From the IMG/VR virus record IMGVR_UViG_3300020039_000013: 52,347 nt of DNA; one strand, given 5' to 3'. The position numbers were made by a program, and so were the translations under genes. Positions within the stretch are counted from its first letter, which is position 1, and the number at the start of each line of letters is the position of its first letter. Below the pieces are notes generated by a model. The model was given only the letters and a program-made list of their open reading frames with translations, ran no database searches and was not told the DNA's origin. This document shows, in pieces, positions 7,839-17,145 of the stretch. The DNA comes from a virus.

Positions 7839-10040
7839 AACATTACGGCGATATAACAAAACTGTCCGGCTATGATCTGCCCGTAGTGGATGTAATAACA
7901 GGCGGTTCGCCCTGTCAGGACTTGTCCGTGGCGGGGAAACGCGCTGGAATGGCAGGAGAGCGAAGCGGACTGTTCATGGAGCAGATACGCATTGTGAAGG
8001 AGATGAGGGAACGTGATAGAGCAAGTGGACGGACAGGTAGGTTTGTTCGACCTCGATACATGGTCTGGGAAAACGTACCCGGAGCATTCAGCTGTAACGG
8101 AGGCAAAGACTTTCAAGCCGTCCTTGAAGAAATCGTCAAAATCGCAGAACCGGAATGCCCCGATTTGTCTGATGCTGTCCAGGGGGGGGGGTGGACAAAA
8201 TCGGGATGTTTGTACTCCGACGTGGGGACATGGAGCATTGCTTGGCGAGTACACGACGCGCAGTTTTGGGGAGTCCCCCAGCGAAGAAAACGTATCGCGC
8301 TTGTCGCAGATTTTGGAGGACTGTCCGCTCCCGAAATACTCTTTGAGCGCAAAGGCTTGTCAGGGGATTTTGAACCGAGCAGAACGGCGGGGGAAGGAAC
8401 TGCCCCCGGAGCTGAAAGCAGCACTGATAGCACAAGCGAACCTGTCAGAGACGGATGGGTTGAACAAGAAGGAACCTACTACGATCCCGGATTCAGAGAT
8501 GACGATACCATCTGTCTGCAAGGAAACGGAATCGACCGAGCCGACACAGCCGGATGCAACGGTCGCGGATGGCGTAGGGGGGGAGTTACACCCTTAACAC
8601 AATCGACCGACCCGCAGTCATGTCCTTCCAAGAAAGAGCCGGTAAACCAGGGGGGGGGCAAAGGAATCCTCATTCAGCATGAACACACCGGAGCCTTGTC
8701 AACAATCAATAACCAATCCGTCTTTGACGGCAGGATTTGATGGGTCAGCGGGGAGCACAGCCGGAAGCATTGGTTTTGCGGAAGAACAGGCGATAACTGC
8801 CAAATCAACCGGGGGGGTATTGCCTCATACGCCGTTGACTGTCGGAACGGAACGGAGAACGAATGTGTAAACGGGACGCTACAAGCGAAAGACCAAGGGA
8901 TCAGTTTGAATCTGAACAACGTAGTCCGGGTATCCTTGTCCTAAACGATCAGGGGGGCAGTGATGGCAGTCAGCTATGACGTGACCGGGACTCTCCGGGC
9001 AGAAATGGGCGGTCATCCTCCATTAGTGCTTGTGTATGAAAGCCACGGACAAGATGCACGGTATCGACCACTCGGCGAGACTTGCGAAACCATATCCGCA
9101 AAATATGGATTAGGGGGGTAATGTTCCCTTAGTGTTGAAATATGAAGAAACTATACAACAAAGCAAGGAATGACCAATGGGAAGAGGATACCGTGTGCAT
9201 GACAGTTATTGCCCGATACGGAACAGGGGGGCAACGTGCCGATTGTTATTGAATACTGCGTAAACGATGACCCCACTCCGAAAGTCAACGGGGGGGCGTA
9301 TGCTACACACTTTCCAGAACGGGACATATCCCCGTTGTCGTGATAGGAGAACATGACATATCAGAAAGTAACAGGGACGTTGAATCCCGGTGCGCATCCG
9401 GGCAGCTACAACGGGCAAGACGCATACAACGATATGCTGGTGATTGATGAAGTACAAAATGATTTCTTGCATAGGGGGGGGTGAAACCTCGCAGACGTTA
9501 GATGCAAGCTATTTTAAAGGTCCAGGAGCAAGAAACGGAAAGGAACGTGAGGTTTTGGCTGTGGAGCCAACATACATGAGTGACCGCAAAGGACACAATG
9601 GCATTTCCGAAAATGGTACGGCGACAACGCTGACAGCACAGGAAAAGGAACGACCGATCATAGGAACAAGTATCGTTCGGCGGCTAACGCCGGATGAATG
9701 TGCTTCCCTCCAAGGTTTCCCGCGTGATTGGTGCAATATCGGGGACTGGACAGACACCAAGGGAAAGAAACACAAGGACGCTGACAGTCCGAAGTATAAA
9801 GCCTACGGCAACAGCATTGCGGTTGGATATGCAAACGGACGAAGCGGTTTCTGGTGCTGGATGGCACGACGGATTTGTGCTCAATATGAACGGCAAATCA
9901 CAATCGGGAGCCTGTTTGATGGAATCGGAGGTTTCCCGCTGGCCTTTGAATCCTGCGGTGCAAAAGCTGTCTGGGCGTCGGAGATTGAAGAATTTCCCAT
10001 AGCTGTAACAAAATACCATTTCCCGGAGGTGGAAATTTGA
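7835..10040 (+). pseudogene. DNA (cytosine-5) methyltransferase with permuted motif order (IV, VI, VIII, TRD modules, IX, X, then I, II) and multiple frame breaks
   Basis: PCQ 7910-7918, ENV 8069-8077, QRRKR 8279-8293 (frame 2). TRD-type peptide modules lie in changing frames over 8500-9480. RRLTPDECASLQGFP starts at 9678, GNSIAV 9807-9824, LFDGIGG 9912-9932. Stop at 10040. Confidence 0.7.
8013..8597 (+). CDS. Out-of-frame ORF embedded in the MTase gene; its product resembles a family seen in Firmicutes ICEs/prophages (...SRLSQILE...YSLSAKACQGILNRAERRGKELP...)
   Basis: 194-codon ORF in frame 0, fully inside the frame-2 MTase ORF 7835..8740. Family recognition is from memory only. Confidence 0.4.
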   Translation: MIEQVDGQVGLFDLDTWSGKTYPEHSAVTEAKTFKPSLKKSSKSQNRNAPICLMLSRGGGGQNRDVCTPTWGHGALLGEYTTRSFGESPSEENVSRLSQILEDCPLPKYSLSAKACQGILNRAERRGKELPPELKAALIAQANLSETDGLNKKEPTTIPDSEMTIPSVCKETESTEPTQPDATVADGVGGELHP

Positions 10041-10828
10041 CCGAAAAAGAATACCGCGCACACCCCGCCATAAGCCGGTCAGAGCTATGGCACATGAACG
10101 AAAGCCCGGAAAAGTTCAAATACTACCGGGAGAACCCGCCAGAGCCTACACCGGCTCTACTGTTCGGGCAGGTGGTGCACAAGCTAATGCTCCAGCCGGA
10201 AACATTCGATGATGACTTTGCCGTGGCCCCGGATGTTGACCGTCGCACGAAGGACGGCAGGGAAGCGTACAACGCCTTTCTGATGGCCTCTGATGGCAAA
10301 GGTATAGTTACACCCGATATGTACGAAACGGCGCAGAGCATGGCACAGAGAGCCTTGCAGGAGCCATTCGTAGCGAAGTTGCTGAACGGACAGAAAGAAG
10401 TGCCGTTTTTCTGGACGGACGAAGATACCGGGATTGATTGCAAGTGCCGCCTTGACTGTCTAAACGAGATAGGGGAAAACCTTATCATCGTGGACTACAA
10501 GAGCTGCACAGACGCAAGCAATGACGGATTCATGCGGGACGCTATCAAGTACGGGTATCATTTCCAGTCTGCTATGTACTCCGAGGGCGTACAGCGAAAC
10601 ACGGGACGCAAGCCGCTTTTCGTGTTCATAGCCCAGGAGAAAACCGAGCCTTACAGCATCAACATCTTTCAGGCAGATGAAGCGTTTGTACAGTACGGAC
10701 GGGACATTATGCGGGAATACCTTGGAATCTACAAATACTGCACGGAAACCGGGGACTTTTACGGATTTTTAGGGAAGTCCGGCATAATTAACACGCTATC
10801 GCTCCCGGCTTGGGCGGCGAAGGAATAG
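10037..10828 (+). CDS. RecE-like PD-(D/E)XK exonuclease (DUF3799/exonuclease VIII C-terminal domain type)
   Basis: TTG start after GGAGGTGG. Motifs FGQVVHKLMLQPETF, KCRLDCL, IVDYKSC, YHFQSAMY, FIAQEKTEPY. Confidence 0.75.
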   Translation: MTEKEYRAHPAISRSELWHMNESPEKFKYYRENPPEPTPALLFGQVVHKLMLQPETFDDDFAVAPDVDRRTKDGREAYNAFLMASDGKGIVTPDMYETAQSMAQRALQEPFVAKLLNGQKEVPFFWTDEDTGIDCKCRLDCLNEIGENLIIVDYKSCTDASNDGFMRDAIKYGYHFQSAMYSEGVQRNTGRKPLFVFIAQEKTEPYSINIFQADEAFVQYGRDIMREYLGIYKYCTETGDFYGFLGKSGIINTLSLPAWAAKE

Positions 10829-10850
10829 GTTATTGGTGCTCAATTAGGAG

Positions 10851-11084
10851 GTGAACAACATTAAAAAGGCAGGATTTGTATCCATAGATGACGGCATAGA
10901 TGTATATAAAAACCATCTGAAAAAGCATTTTGCAAAAATACTTCCGCTAGAAAAGTGGGAAAGTGTTTGCACGTTCTTTGACAAAATGTCTGATGAAGAT
11001 TTTATACAGTTTTGTATGCAATGTGGAAAAGATGAAAAGAAATTCCGTTGGGGACGAAAGGGAAAGAGAGATTCACCTCGTTAA
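10851..11084 (+). CDS. Hypothetical protein in an AT-rich segment; start uncertain
   Basis: ORF track. GC is locally lower than in the neighbours. Confidence 0.4.
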   Translation: MNNIKKAGFVSIDDGIDVYKNHLKKHFAKILPLEKWESVCTFFDKMSDEDFIQFCMQCGKDEKKFRWGRKGKRDSPR

Positions 11085-11120
11085 AATTCAAAAATCCGAA
11101 AACGACAAGGAGGACTAACA

Positions 11121-11972
11121 ATGTCAGAAGAACTCACGGTACAGGAGAGCCAGCAGATGGCGGTTGCGCCGAATATGCCGAACAATGGTATTATGGCGCA
11201 CATGGAAAACATCAATCAAGGCACGGTTGCGATTGAGGCAAGCCGAGCGATTGCGGAGGCGCAGGGAAAGCTTGTCATCGCAAAGCGTTTTCCACGTGAT
11301 GAGATTAGCAGCTATGCCAAGGCCATGGAAGCCTGTCAGCGTCCGTCAATGGCAAGTAAGGCATTCTATTCATTCCCCCGCGCTGGCGGGAAGGTGGAAG
11401 GGCCTACTATCAGATTTGCCGAAGAGCTTGCCCGGTGCTGGGGCAATATAGACTACGGCATTAAGGAACTCTCGCAGGACGATGGCAAGTCCGAAATGCA
11501 AGCCTACGCATGGGATTTGGAAACTAACGCGCAGAGCATTCAGAATTTCACCAATCCGCACATGAGGGAAGTCAACGGTAAAATGAAGTCTCTGACAAGT
11601 CAGAGGGACATTTACGAAAACAATGCTAACATGGCTACCCGGCGTTTGCGCTCCCGGATTCTCGCTATCCTTCCCGCGTGGTTTGTGGAGGATGCTATTG
11701 CAGAGTGCAAGAAAACCCTCGCGGGGAACAATAGCGAACCGCTAATTGACCGAGTGAAGAAGATGGTGGTTCAGTTTAGCAAGTTGGGCGTATCGCAGGA
11801 GCAGATTGAAACCCGGTTGAAGCGAAAAATCGACACTATGACCGCTGATGACCTGGTGGACTACATCGGAATCTATAACGCTATTAAGCAGGGAGAGAGC
11901 AAGGCGGCTGAATGGTTTAGCGGTCAGACCGACACAAGCGATCTGACGGCGGCACTCAAGGAGGAAAAGTAG
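11121..11972 (+). CDS. Single-strand annealing protein (RecT/Red-beta-superfamily-like recombinase; family not resolved)
   Basis: Position between the RecE-like exonuclease and SSB. Conserved-looking core FYSFPRAGGKVEGPTIRFAEELARCWGNIDYG...AYAWDLETN. Confidence 0.6.
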   Translation: MSEELTVQESQQMAVAPNMPNNGIMAHMENINQGTVAIEASRAIAEAQGKLVIAKRFPRDEISSYAKAMEACQRPSMASKAFYSFPRAGGKVEGPTIRFAEELARCWGNIDYGIKELSQDDGKSEMQAYAWDLETNAQSIQNFTNPHMREVNGKMKSLTSQRDIYENNANMATRRLRSRILAILPAWFVEDAIAECKKTLAGNNSEPLIDRVKKMVVQFSKLGVSQEQIETRLKRKIDTMTADDLVDYIGIYNAIKQGESKAAEWFSGQTDTSDLTAALKEEK

Positions 11973-12167
11973 TTGTCAAAGCTCACCAAAAACAAGCTGC
12001 TGAAAGCCATGTTATATTTGAGGGACGAGATTGACCGCTTGCAGGACGCCGTTGAACGATACGACGGTAAGGACAGCAAGGAATGGCGGGAAATCTTGGA
12101 GATTGACCGGATTTGCTTTGAGGCTTGCAAGATGGCAGCAAATAATAGTATGAAGGAGGAAAAATAA
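11973..12167 (+). CDS. Hypothetical protein
   Basis: ORF track (TTG start), abuts both neighbours. Confidence 0.45.
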   Translation: MSKLTKNKLLKAMLYLRDEIDRLQDAVERYDGKDSKEWREILEIDRICFEACKMAANNSMKEEK

Positions 12168-12569
12168 ATGAGCCTGAACCACATTGTTCTGATGGGCCGC
12201 ATTGCTCGTGACCCGGAACTTCGCAAAACGCCTAGTGATGTTTCAGTGGTATCGTTCACCATTGCCGTTGAACGGGACTACAAACAGGGTGACGAGAAAG
12301 TGACCGATTGGATTGACTGTACCGCATGGCGTGGCACGGCGGACTTCATTTCCCGGAACTTTTCTAAGGGGCGAATGATTTGCGTCGAAGGTGCGCTCAA
12401 TTCCCGCAAATGGCAGGATAAAGAGGGGAACAACCGCATTTCGTGGTTTGTCCAGGTATCGAACGTCTACTTTGCCGACAGCAAGAAGGACGCAACTACG
12501 CAGAATCAGACCGCCAGCGCGCCGCAGTTTGAGGAAGCGGAGCAGACAGAGGGCGATCTGCCGTTCTAA
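12168..12569 (+). CDS. ssb: Single-stranded DNA-binding protein
   Basis: MSLNHIVLMGRIARDPELRKT...OB-fold pattern and an acidic C-terminal tip ending DLPF. Confidence 0.9.
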   Translation: MSLNHIVLMGRIARDPELRKTPSDVSVVSFTIAVERDYKQGDEKVTDWIDCTAWRGTADFISRNFSKGRMICVEGALNSRKWQDKEGNNRISWFVQVSNVYFADSKKDATTQNQTASAPQFEEAEQTEGDLPF

Positions 12570-12603
12570 AAATTTACAAAAACAGGAGGAAATAAAAGTG
12601 GAA

Positions 12604-12744
12604 ATGTTTAACGGAATGTTTGGGAAGATTGCAAGCGGAATGTGCCGTTTGTCCATGACCGGGGGTATTGCGGTCAAAACCTCCAACGGGTATAAAACCT
12701 ATAGACCGAAATGCAAAACAAAAATGGAAACGGAATTTCCGTAG
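12604..12744 (+). pseudogene. Truncated N-terminal remnant of a conserved phage protein (MFNGMFGKIASGMCRLSMTGGIAVKTSNGYKTY...)
   Basis: AGGAGG RBS. The conserved N-terminus is followed after about 33 aa by unrelated residues and a stop, where the MTase-derived segment begins. Confidence 0.5.
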
Positions 12745-13430
12745 GTACAGCACATACGCTAAATTCTGTTGACCGCCACGCGGTTGTGTACGATGCGAGA
12801 GGAAACGGAGATGGGGTAATAAGCCCCACCATAACGGGAGATCACCAGAACCGGGTAACGGATTACACGGCCTTGTGCGGAGGAAACGGCCAGTTGAACA
12901 ATATGAGTATGAGTGAACAGGCAAACACGTTTGATACAATGCACGACCAGCAAGCGGTTATGGTAGCCGCCGTAGATTGCAGAAACCTGTATGAATGCCC
13001 AGAAATCAGCAACGCGCTTAAAGCAAAAGCAAACTGTGATTGCCGGGCAGATTCGGAAACTTACCCAATACAAAACAACATAGTCCGTCGACTTACGCCC
13101 ATTGAATGTGAACGTCTGCAAGGATTCCCAGACGGATGGACTGATATAGGAAAATGGATGGACACAAAAGGGAAGAAGCACAAAGAAGCCGATTTGCCCC
13201 GGTACAAGGCGTTAGGAAACAGTATCGCCCTTCCGTTCTGGCAATACCTGGCGCGTCGTATCTGCGCTCAGTACGAACGGGACATTACGATGGGGAGCCT
13301 GTTTGACGGCATTGGTGGTTTCCCGCTTGTATTTGAGCGGTGCGGTGCTAAAGCTGTGTGGGCATCCGAAATCGAAGAGTTCCCTATTGCGGTCACGAAA
13401 CGGCATTTCCCAGAGGATGAAAGTACATGA
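12711..13430 (+). pseudogene. C5-MTase fragment: TRD modules, motif IX and motif X fused to motifs I and II. Motifs IV-VIII are absent.
   Basis: AHTLNSVDRHAVV, PTITGDHQNRVTDYTA, GNGQLNNMSMSEQANTFDTMHDQQAVMV, RRLTPIECERLQGFP, GNSIALP (13215-), LFDGIGG (13299-13319), ASEIEEF. Stop at 13430. Confidence 0.65.
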
Positions 13431-13891
13431 CAAACCCAAAATTCTACTTCGACAGCAGAGAACGTAAGAACGACCACATCAAGGACTACTTTGACCGGCA
13501 CGGGATAGAGTGGGAGGTAAAGGCGCTAAGTTGCGGGGATTACCAATTAGCAGACAATCCAAATCTGGTAATAGAGAGGAAAATGTCGCTTGAGGAAATC
13601 TCCCGCAACCTCCTGAATGCCAAGGACAGCAGCCGCTTTTGGCGGGAAGTCCGCAGAGCGCACGAACATGGAATACAGCTTGTGGTTCTGATCGAAAGCG
13701 GACGGACGGTAAAGACCATCAACGAGGTTGTAAAGTGGAAAAGCCACTATTCTCCGGTAACCGGCAGACGGTTGATTGACGAAATGATACGGTGCGAGAT
13801 GGCGTATGGCGTCCAGTGGGCTTTCTGTGACCGGCGTTCCACGGCAAGGCGGATTATTGAGATTTTGAGCGAAGGAGGGGACGGGAAATAG
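13427..13891 (+). CDS. ERCC4/Mus81-type nuclease domain protein (possible junction resolvase)
   Basis: GDY...VIERKMSLEEI matches the GDxn-ERKxxxD ERCC4 motif. Confidence 0.55.
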   Translation: MTNPKFYFDSRERKNDHIKDYFDRHGIEWEVKALSCGDYQLADNPNLVIERKMSLEEISRNLLNAKDSSRFWREVRRAHEHGIQLVVLIESGRTVKTINEVVKWKSHYSPVTGRRLIDEMIRCEMAYGVQWAFCDRRSTARRIIEILSEGGDGK

Positions 13892-13923
13892 AGAGCAATA
13901 AACAATCGTGTGAAATCCTTGGT

Positions 13924-14505
13924 ATGGCAAAACGCGATATCGCCGCTCTGCTTTGGCTTGGAGGGCAATGCGATTATTGCAAATACGGGAAAAAGGACGA
14001 ATATAGCGGCGCTAATCGTTGGCTTTGCTCCAGGAAAGGCGGCGCTCCTATCATGCTGATAAAGAACTATTCCCCGCAAGTGCTCAAAGCCAATATGCGC
14101 ATTGTCAACGCTACGGAATATGCACTTGTTCTTTATCGCAACAAGCTCCCGAAATTCAACAATGACGGTCAGATGGTGTTCAACTGGTTTTACTGGAAAC
14201 GGGACGGAAAAGAAATTCCGAAGATTCACCCAACGCAGAAAAGCATCGGAACACTGAAAGAACTGATCCGTATTTTCACCGACCCCGGCGACGTTGTGAT
14301 AGACCCATGCGCCGGAAGCGGAAGTTCTCTCCGGGCTGCTTATGAGTTGGGACGCAACAGCTACGGCTTTGAAATCGACAGGAGAATCTTTCAGCGAGCG
14401 CGGGAAGAAATGCTGGAGCCGATTAAAAATCAAGTGGCAATATTCGATGTACAATCAGCGGGATACGACTTCGCCGGTAACCATAAACTGGAGGGATTTT
14501 TTTGA
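13924..14505 (+). CDS. N6/N4 DNA methyltransferase C-terminal portion (beta-class order) lacking the DPPY catalytic motif
   Basis: HPTQKS and VIDPCAGSGSS (AdoMet motif I) are present. No (D/N/S)PP(Y/F) in the ORF or immediately upstream. Confidence 0.6.
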   Translation: MAKRDIAALLWLGGQCDYCKYGKKDEYSGANRWLCSRKGGAPIMLIKNYSPQVLKANMRIVNATEYALVLYRNKLPKFNNDGQMVFNWFYWKRDGKEIPKIHPTQKSIGTLKELIRIFTDPGDVVIDPCAGSGSSLRAAYELGRNSYGFEIDRRIFQRAREEMLEPIKNQVAIFDVQSAGYDFAGNHKLEGFF

Positions 14506-14810
14506 TAATCGCCGTAGACTTTGACGGCACTCTATGCGCGGAGTGCTGGCCGGACATAGGCAGACCGAACGAAGCGCTGATAGCGTGGCTGAAAGAGCAG
14601 AAACGCGCCGGGGCCGAGCTGATACTGTGGACGCTCCGGGAGGACGGCGATCTGGACGAGGCCGTTTTCTGGTGCAAAGAGCGCGGCCTTGTGTTCGACG
14701 CGGTAAACGACAACCTGGAACGGATGAAACAGCAGTACGGCAACAATCCGAGAAAAGTGCACGCCGACGTGTACATTGACGACCGGAATACACTGGTGGA
14801 GAAATTCTGA
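14502..14810 (+). CDS. HAD-superfamily-like small hydrolase
   Basis: TTG start. N-terminal IIAVDFDGTLC (DxDGT nucleophile motif) and C-terminal YIDDRN. Confidence 0.5.
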   Translation: MIIAVDFDGTLCAECWPDIGRPNEALIAWLKEQKRAGAELILWTLREDGDLDEAVFWCKERGLVFDAVNDNLERMKQQYGNNPRKVHADVYIDDRNTLVEKF

Positions 14811-14821
14811 CAGAAGGTAAT

Positions 14822-14929
14822 ATGCGAGAAATACTATTCCGTGGCAAGCGGACGGACAACGGGGAATGGGTGAGCGGCGGAAGCATTATCCATAAAATTA
14901 TTCACGATAACCCGGAATTGCTCAAATAA
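14822..14929 (+). pseudogene. YopX-like N-terminal remnant (35 aa)
   Basis: MREILFRGKRTDNGEWVSGGSII resembles a YopX family N-terminus, but the ORF stops after 35 codons. Confidence 0.45.
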
Positions 14930-14969
14930 CCCGGTATAGATAGAGAGACACAGAAACGGAGGTGATGGC

Positions 14970-16850
14970 TTGTCAGGCTCACTGGTCGAAATACCTGTGT
15001 TCACGGCCGACGATTACACAAGCTCAAATAAACCGTATGAGTTTTTGTATTCGTTCCGGGACAATCCATTCCAACAGCAGCAAATGATAGAGAAGGTCAA
15101 AGCACAAGCCGCGTCGGTCAAAATTAAGGGGTTTATGTCCCTGTGGAATATGTATCTGAAATCCATGAGCGGGGACGTAGCGCCGGAAGGATCGAACGTG
15201 ACAGAGTTTGACGGCTTGCCGTTGAACACGCAACTTGTTTCCGGAAAGTACATTTGCAACGCCGAGGGCGTATCAGTGGTAGACGGCTTTGGGGTACAGA
15301 GGGTTATATGCCCTCACCCCATCGCCCCGGTCAGACGGTTCAAAAACGTGGACACCGGAGAGGAACTATTGGAGATATGGTTTCGGCGAGGCACAAAGGA
15401 AGGGAGGATAAAGGACGAGACACACATAACCCCCAAGGACACCATAGCAAACAACATCTTATCCCTGGCAAAGTTCGGGATCGTGGTAAACAAGCGCAAC
15501 GACAAAGACCTATCCGCCTATCTGATGGACATGGAGGAATACAACTATGACACGCTGAAAGAGGAAAAGTCCGTCAAGCGTCTGGGCTGGGTGGGCGAGG
15601 GCTATCACGAGTTCTCCCCCTACGTCAAGGACATATATTTTGACGGCGAGGACGACTTTGGCGGGATGTTCGGCTCCGTAAAATCCGTTGGTGATTATGA
15701 CGAATGGAAAAGAATTATCCGCAATGTCCGCCGTGAGCGGACAGCGGCGAGGTTTTATCTGGCGGCGTCCTTTGCCAGCACGATATTGAAGCCGTGCGGT
15801 CTCCTCCCCTTCCTGATGCACGTTTGGGGCGGCACAGGCAACGGCAAAACGGTGTTGCTCATGCTGGCCGCGTCCGTGTGGGCTTGCCCGGAAGCGGGAG
15901 AATACGTCACCACATTCAACGGGACGCGATACGCACAGGAAACGCGGGCGGGATTTTTGAATAATCTCCCCATGTGCCTGGACGAGCTGCAAATCCAAAC
16001 CAGCCAGGGCGTGAAGGACTTTGACGATATCATATACCAGCTATGCGAGGGAGTATCAAAATCGCAGGGAAAAGCGTCTGGCGGCCTCAGACGGCAAACC
16101 AGATGGCGCAACGTGATACTGTCCAACGGCGAGCACACGATTATCAAACCCCTGTCAGGCGGCGGGGCCAGAAACCGCGTCATTGAGATCGAAGCGCCCA
16201 CAAAAATCTATTCCGACCTTGTAGGGCTGTGCGAAGTCATCAATCACAACTACGGCTTTGCGGGGCGTGAGTTTGTGGAATGGCTGATGGCCCAGGAAAA
16301 CATGGAGCGGGTGCGGCAGATGCAGAAGGACTATTACCACCAGATTCTGGAGCATGACGTAACGGAGAAACAGGCCGGGAGCGCGTCGGCTATTCTGACC
16401 GCTGATACCATCGTTACCGAGCTGATTTTCCAGGACGGCATGGCGCTGACCGTGGACGAAATGGCCGCTGTGCTGCTGCGCAAGGGCGACATAGACATCA
16501 ATCAAAAAACCCTGGAATGGCTGTACGGCTACATAGCGCAAAACAGCGTACACTTCGAGCATGACAGAAACACCGAGATTTGGGGCAAGGTGGATGAGGA
16601 CAAGCGCATCGTATACTTCATCCGCAGCGTGTTTGAACGGGAGCTGAAGGATCACAACCTCGATCCGAAGTCATTTCTGGCGTGGGCCGTGCGGACAGAA
16701 AAGGTGATCCCCGGCAAGGACAACGCCAGCGCGGTCATGAAGATACCTGGAACGAAGAGCGCTTGCCGTGTGATACAGCTCCGCATGGCCGACGAGCGGG
16801 AAGAAGCGACTTTTACGGAGGTTACGGACGACGAAGAGTTACCATTTTGA
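14970..16850 (+). CDS. DUF927-type replicative helicase / primase-associated NTPase
   Basis: Walker A VWGGTGNGKT and Walker B CLDELQ. 626 aa, adjacent to the iteron region. TTG start after GGAGGTG. Confidence 0.7.
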   Translation: MSGSLVEIPVFTADDYTSSNKPYEFLYSFRDNPFQQQQMIEKVKAQAASVKIKGFMSLWNMYLKSMSGDVAPEGSNVTEFDGLPLNTQLVSGKYICNAEGVSVVDGFGVQRVICPHPIAPVRRFKNVDTGEELLEIWFRRGTKEGRIKDETHITPKDTIANNILSLAKFGIVVNKRNDKDLSAYLMDMEEYNYDTLKEEKSVKRLGWVGEGYHEFSPYVKDIYFDGEDDFGGMFGSVKSVGDYDEWKRIIRNVRRERTAARFYLAASFASTILKPCGLLPFLMHVWGGTGNGKTVLLMLAASVWACPEAGEYVTTFNGTRYAQETRAGFLNNLPMCLDELQIQTSQGVKDFDDIIYQLCEGVSKSQGKASGGLRRQTRWRNVILSNGEHTIIKPLSGGGARNRVIEIEAPTKIYSDLVGLCEVINHNYGFAGREFVEWLMAQENMERVRQMQKDYYHQILEHDVTEKQAGSASAILTADTIVTELIFQDGMALTVDEMAAVLLRKGDIDINQKTLEWLYGYIAQNSVHFEHDRNTEIWGKVDEDKRIVYFIRSVFERELKDHNLDPKSFLAWAVRTEKVIPGKDNASAVMKIPGTKSACRVIQLRMADEREEATFTEVTDDEELPF

Positions 16851-16937
16851 AAGAAATTGTAAATTTTCGTTTCCGGCCGAAATGTTCTGAAAAGTGTCCG
16901 TTTTGCGGTGTTTTCTGAACGTTTCAGGGAATTATGG

Positions 16938-17145
16938 GTTACAAAGTTACAAGGTTACAAAGAAAACGCATATTTATATATATTTGCGTGTGTATAGATT
17001 GGATTGAGGCGTTATATATTCGCATTCCCTTCGCGCGTATATTGGCCTGTAATTTTGTAACCTTGTAACCAGAGCCAAAAAATGTAGGAATTTCAATGCT
17101 TTGCGCGGTTACAAGATTTTCGGTCAAGTTGTAACCGCTGTAACC
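16938..17145. repeat. Putative origin of replication: 8 copies of heptamer GTTACAA/TTGTAAC in both orientations flanking an AT-rich block
   Basis: GTTACAA at 16938, 16946, 16954 and 17108. TTGTAAC at 17055, 17063 and 17129. TGTAAC at 17139. AT-rich tatttatatatatttg at 16971-16986. Confidence 0.6.
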
